Source of the DNA: Trichoplax sp. H2
Lineage: Eukaryota
NCBI GenBank assembly: GCA_003344405.1
Contig: NOWV01000198.1
Coordinates: 62,001 to 126,000, forward strand
Direction of reading: 5' to 3'
DNA length: 64,000 nt
Part shown: positions 60,433 through 64,000 of the stretch, piece after piece
Numbering within the stretch: position 1 is the first letter of the stretch
Layout: each line of letters opens with the position of its first letter
The notes under the pieces: model-generated
What the model was told of the DNA's origin: nothing
Database searches by the model: none
The model's input: only the letters and a program-made list of their open reading frames with translations
Made by a program: the position numbers and the translations under genes

Positions 60433-60472
60433 GGACACCACTTGATTTAGGCCTTTCAAGGTCAACAACAAA

Positions 60473-62918
60473 ATGGCTCAATTTTTAAAGGTAGTTGCCT
60501 TGAGACGTTTACCAGGACTCTATCCTAGCGTTAGGCTAGTACATGCATCCAGGTAGAGTTGTCACTTAGTTTGCATAGTAATGAACAAATTGTAATGGGT
60601 TGGCCATAACTATACAATCGATTTAATTTTGATGATGGAATTATTCAAACATGATTTATTAATCCTTTTGTGCAGAATGATGAGGAAAATGATAGATTGA
60701 ATGATAATTACAATTCATTGCATAAGTTCTAATTGAATATCGAAAAAAGTTAGCCATACCTTTAAGGTCATATTTTATCATTTCTTTTGTAGTGCCTTAA
60801 TGAAAATGAAAATTTACACCAAAACTGGCGATAAAGGTATACAGTACTACGCGTATGACATGTAATGTTTGTTGATAGCGATAGACGAATGATGGCGTAA
60901 TTACTAATTGTTGTACAGTACAGTATTGGATTTCGCTTCTTGCAATGACAAAATTTCAACGTATTTTATTGAATTGAATTGAATTAAACTGTTGAGACTG
61001 CATCGGTATCACTAGTTGTAGCCAATCAATTTCAAGTGTTGCTTTCAAGAATATTGCTATTGGATGATGCACACCGACATTTGCGTTTGACTAGTATATT
61101 GCAATCGTAAGACTATCCTAATTTAAGCAATTGCTATTTCGCATTCGTTGAACAGGCAAATCGAGCTTATTTACTGGTGAAAGGCGACTAAAAGATGATA
61201 CTATATTTGAAGCTTTGGGAACAAATGATGAGCTGTCATCAGCAATAGGGTAAATCAATCATACTACTGTACTATTCCCAAGAATTGATTCTATCTACAA
61301 AGCTATATCGTTCGTAAAATATGGTCTTAATTTTATGGTTTAATCTTTCAATATCTAAATATACTAAAAGGTGATCGCTAAAGTAGCTTGTTTCATTTTT
61401 CTAACTTATTATATTACACTCTAAATTAATGTAGGCTAGCTAGAGAATTTTGCTTGCAGGCTGGACAGAACTTTGTCGACAAGCTAGAACAAGTATTTCA
61501 TATCTTAATGATGTATCTCTAGTAAAATATTGATACAACACGTTACTACTGTTTTCTGACTTGATAAAGTGATTATACTGTATTGGAACTGTGTTTCCGT
61601 CTGCTCTTTTTATGAGTTATACGTATAATATACTTCGTTACAATTTCTACGTTTAAGATTTTAATATTTACTATACCACTATTTATCCACTTCAAACGGT
61701 AAAATTACGCACAATTCGTGTTATACTGTAGATTCAATGTCGCTTGCAGGACATCGGATCGAACATTGCTACACCGCGTATTCAAGCTGATGAGGATAAA
61801 TTAGGTTCTCCTATAGTAATAAATCTATAAAAATGTAGTAAGACATTATTTATTTGCATTGGAACATGCTGTCGTTTCCACTAGGCGTTCAACCTAACAT
61901 GGCTTAAGGATACGACAATGTTAATGTTTATTATTTTAAACTAATTAATATATACGCGTATCATCCAGGCAGCATTTAACGAAATTAATTTTTTATTTAT
62001 CTAGTTCGAACAGAATTTAGTTCATCTAATGTCCAACAATTGGAATTATGGATTGATGAAATGGATGAACAATTACCACCATTAAAAAATTTTATCTTAC
62101 CGGTGCGTATATTCATAAGCAACAAGATATTCAATAGAGTGTTTCAATGCTATCTCGTGAATGCTAGCAATACTGAAATATTTGAAGGTGGATTTTGTTC
62201 AAAATTACCAATTCTTTTCGTTCGCAGTCTGGTGGATTATCAAGCAGCTCTTTGCATGTGGCGAGATCAATTTGTCGTCGAGCCGAAAGAAGGTACTGTT
62301 ATGCTATTACATCTTATGTAATACCTAAATTCAAATCAGGTGCAATCCAATATACAGTATTGTATTAGATACTAATAGAATATCATCATAATATCCTATA
62401 ACTTGACCAGTATCCCTAGGGGATACAGCTGATCTATTTATTTTCACTGCAACTATCGTCAATGTAGGGTTGTACCACTTGTTCGTGAAAATGCTGTTGA
62501 CCCTGATGTTGCAAAATACTTAAACAGGTTCACAAATTGCTTCTTGTCGAAAAATGTTCCTTCACGAATATATTACTTGCGTCCTTTATACAACACTCGT
62601 TACAGTAGAAATTGATCCGAAATTCTTACACTAATCTAATTGTAACGTATTCACGCACTCGATAGACTTGGCTATATTCTGATTTCTACTAGAAGTACAG
62701 ATTAATTAATTTATTTCAATCGCATATGACTACGCTATCTTGCTAATTCTATTGAAAATACCAGTAAATCTAGCGAAACAATTTCGAAGTTGTTAATTGT
62801 CATGCTTTCTAATCATTTGAATCCATTAAGGCTCAGCGACTTTCTATTCACTGCTGCCCGCTATTCCGCCATGAAGGAAGGCCGTAGCGAAGTTATCTAT
62901 AGAAAAAGCGATCAGTAA
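60473..62918 (+). CDS. MMAB: ATP:cob(I)alamin adenosyltransferase (PduO type), with mitochondrial-type presequence; ~9 exons
   Basis: Arg-rich N-terminus, [94 protein letters not shown]. Confidence 0.96.
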
Positions 62919-63088
62919 AAAGGTGTAAAGCTGCCTGTTGTTTTATTAATACTCAAAATAAGTTGTAAATTCTTTACAGTGTTAAAATTTAAATGAAAAA
63001 GCGACCAGTAAAGTGGTGCAAAGCTGCCTGTTGTTTTATTAATACTCAAAATAACTTATAAATTCTTTTACAATGCTAAAACTCAAAT
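62902..63088. repeat. Tandem duplication, two copies of ~93 bp, spanning the MMAB stop codon
   Basis: GAAAAAGCGAYCAGTAAA...AAAGCTGCCTGTTGTTTTATTAATACTCAAAATAA appears at 62902 and 62995. Confidence 0.93.
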
Positions 63089-64000
63089 GCTATCCTATAA
63101 AAGTTTTCTTGCTATAATTTCTTGATAAATGAAATGAATATATACGTATACATCTAGTCCAATTTTTGCGTTCCAAGACTTTGCGCTCACATTGTATAGC
63201 TTTAGCATTTATATAGTACAGCATTCTGAATTTTGAAATAAAATACCTAACTTTCTCTTGTATCGTGCCAATATATATGAACGTGACCGTAGGCGAAATC
63301 GGTCATTTTGCAAATGAGAATACAACTTATATGATAGACAGGCGCTCGCCGCGGAAATTTACTTGTTATATCATGCGCCACTGTTAAAAGGTGCAGGAGA
63401 GCTGCTAATGATACTGTTGTGGTACTGTAGCACATCAATTAAAGTTCCGTTAGAAGCCTTACGGAAGATTTTGTTGGATATCCGAAATCGCTTTATTAAC
63501 GAATCTCAACTGCTACGGTAACGGAAGTAGTGTGGTCACTGCTTATAATTATCCATGCTGGGTGTATAACCCTAACCCTAGCGATACTTGTTTATCAATA
63601 CTGGATGTGTGATAAAGGACAATTTCCGAGGTATTACGATACTACAAAATGCGGTACTGTACAGTATATTCAAATTCAACGATTTAACAATCGCGCAAGT
63701 TAATCAGTTCAGACATATGCAAAATACAGCACTATATATTAAAAGCAAATCTATTCATTTATTAATTTTTACCAATGGAAACTAATTTTAATATCACCAT
63801 TAAAAGGATTTAAACCACAACAACAGACGGGTAATGTATATATGATACTGACTGCATTCCAGTATGAAACGTGTACATATTTGCTTCTGGTATAACAACT
63901 GACTACAGTTAACATCAACAGCCAAATTAAAGAATACTAAAAATTTACTAGGTGATTGTCGTACGACAATGGTCTTTACTACAATACAAAAACAAATGTT

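Overview
AT-rich, intron-dense eukaryotic DNA from an animal. The short introns and compact gene spacing suggest an early-branching metazoan such as the placozoan Trichoplax; this is an inference and was not verified. Ten spliced genes can be read by hand: MKS1 (5'-truncated), a C-factor/sniffer-like SDR, a short NCoR/SMRT corepressor, HPD, SGF29, a TLC-domain protein (TLCD3/FAM57-like), malectin, CCT6, MED21 and MMAB. Eight of them form four head-to-head pairs. A ~21 kb region (37-58 kb) has no intact gene. It holds a probable decayed class A GPCR, several old tandem duplications and a degenerate ~88-bp-period core/spacer array. The strongest unexplained signal is a strand-switching, palindrome-forming (TACAG/CTGTA)n pentamer cluster in every divergent promoter. 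Exon boundaries were inferred by eye from GT-AG sites and protein similarity recalled from memory; no searches were run.
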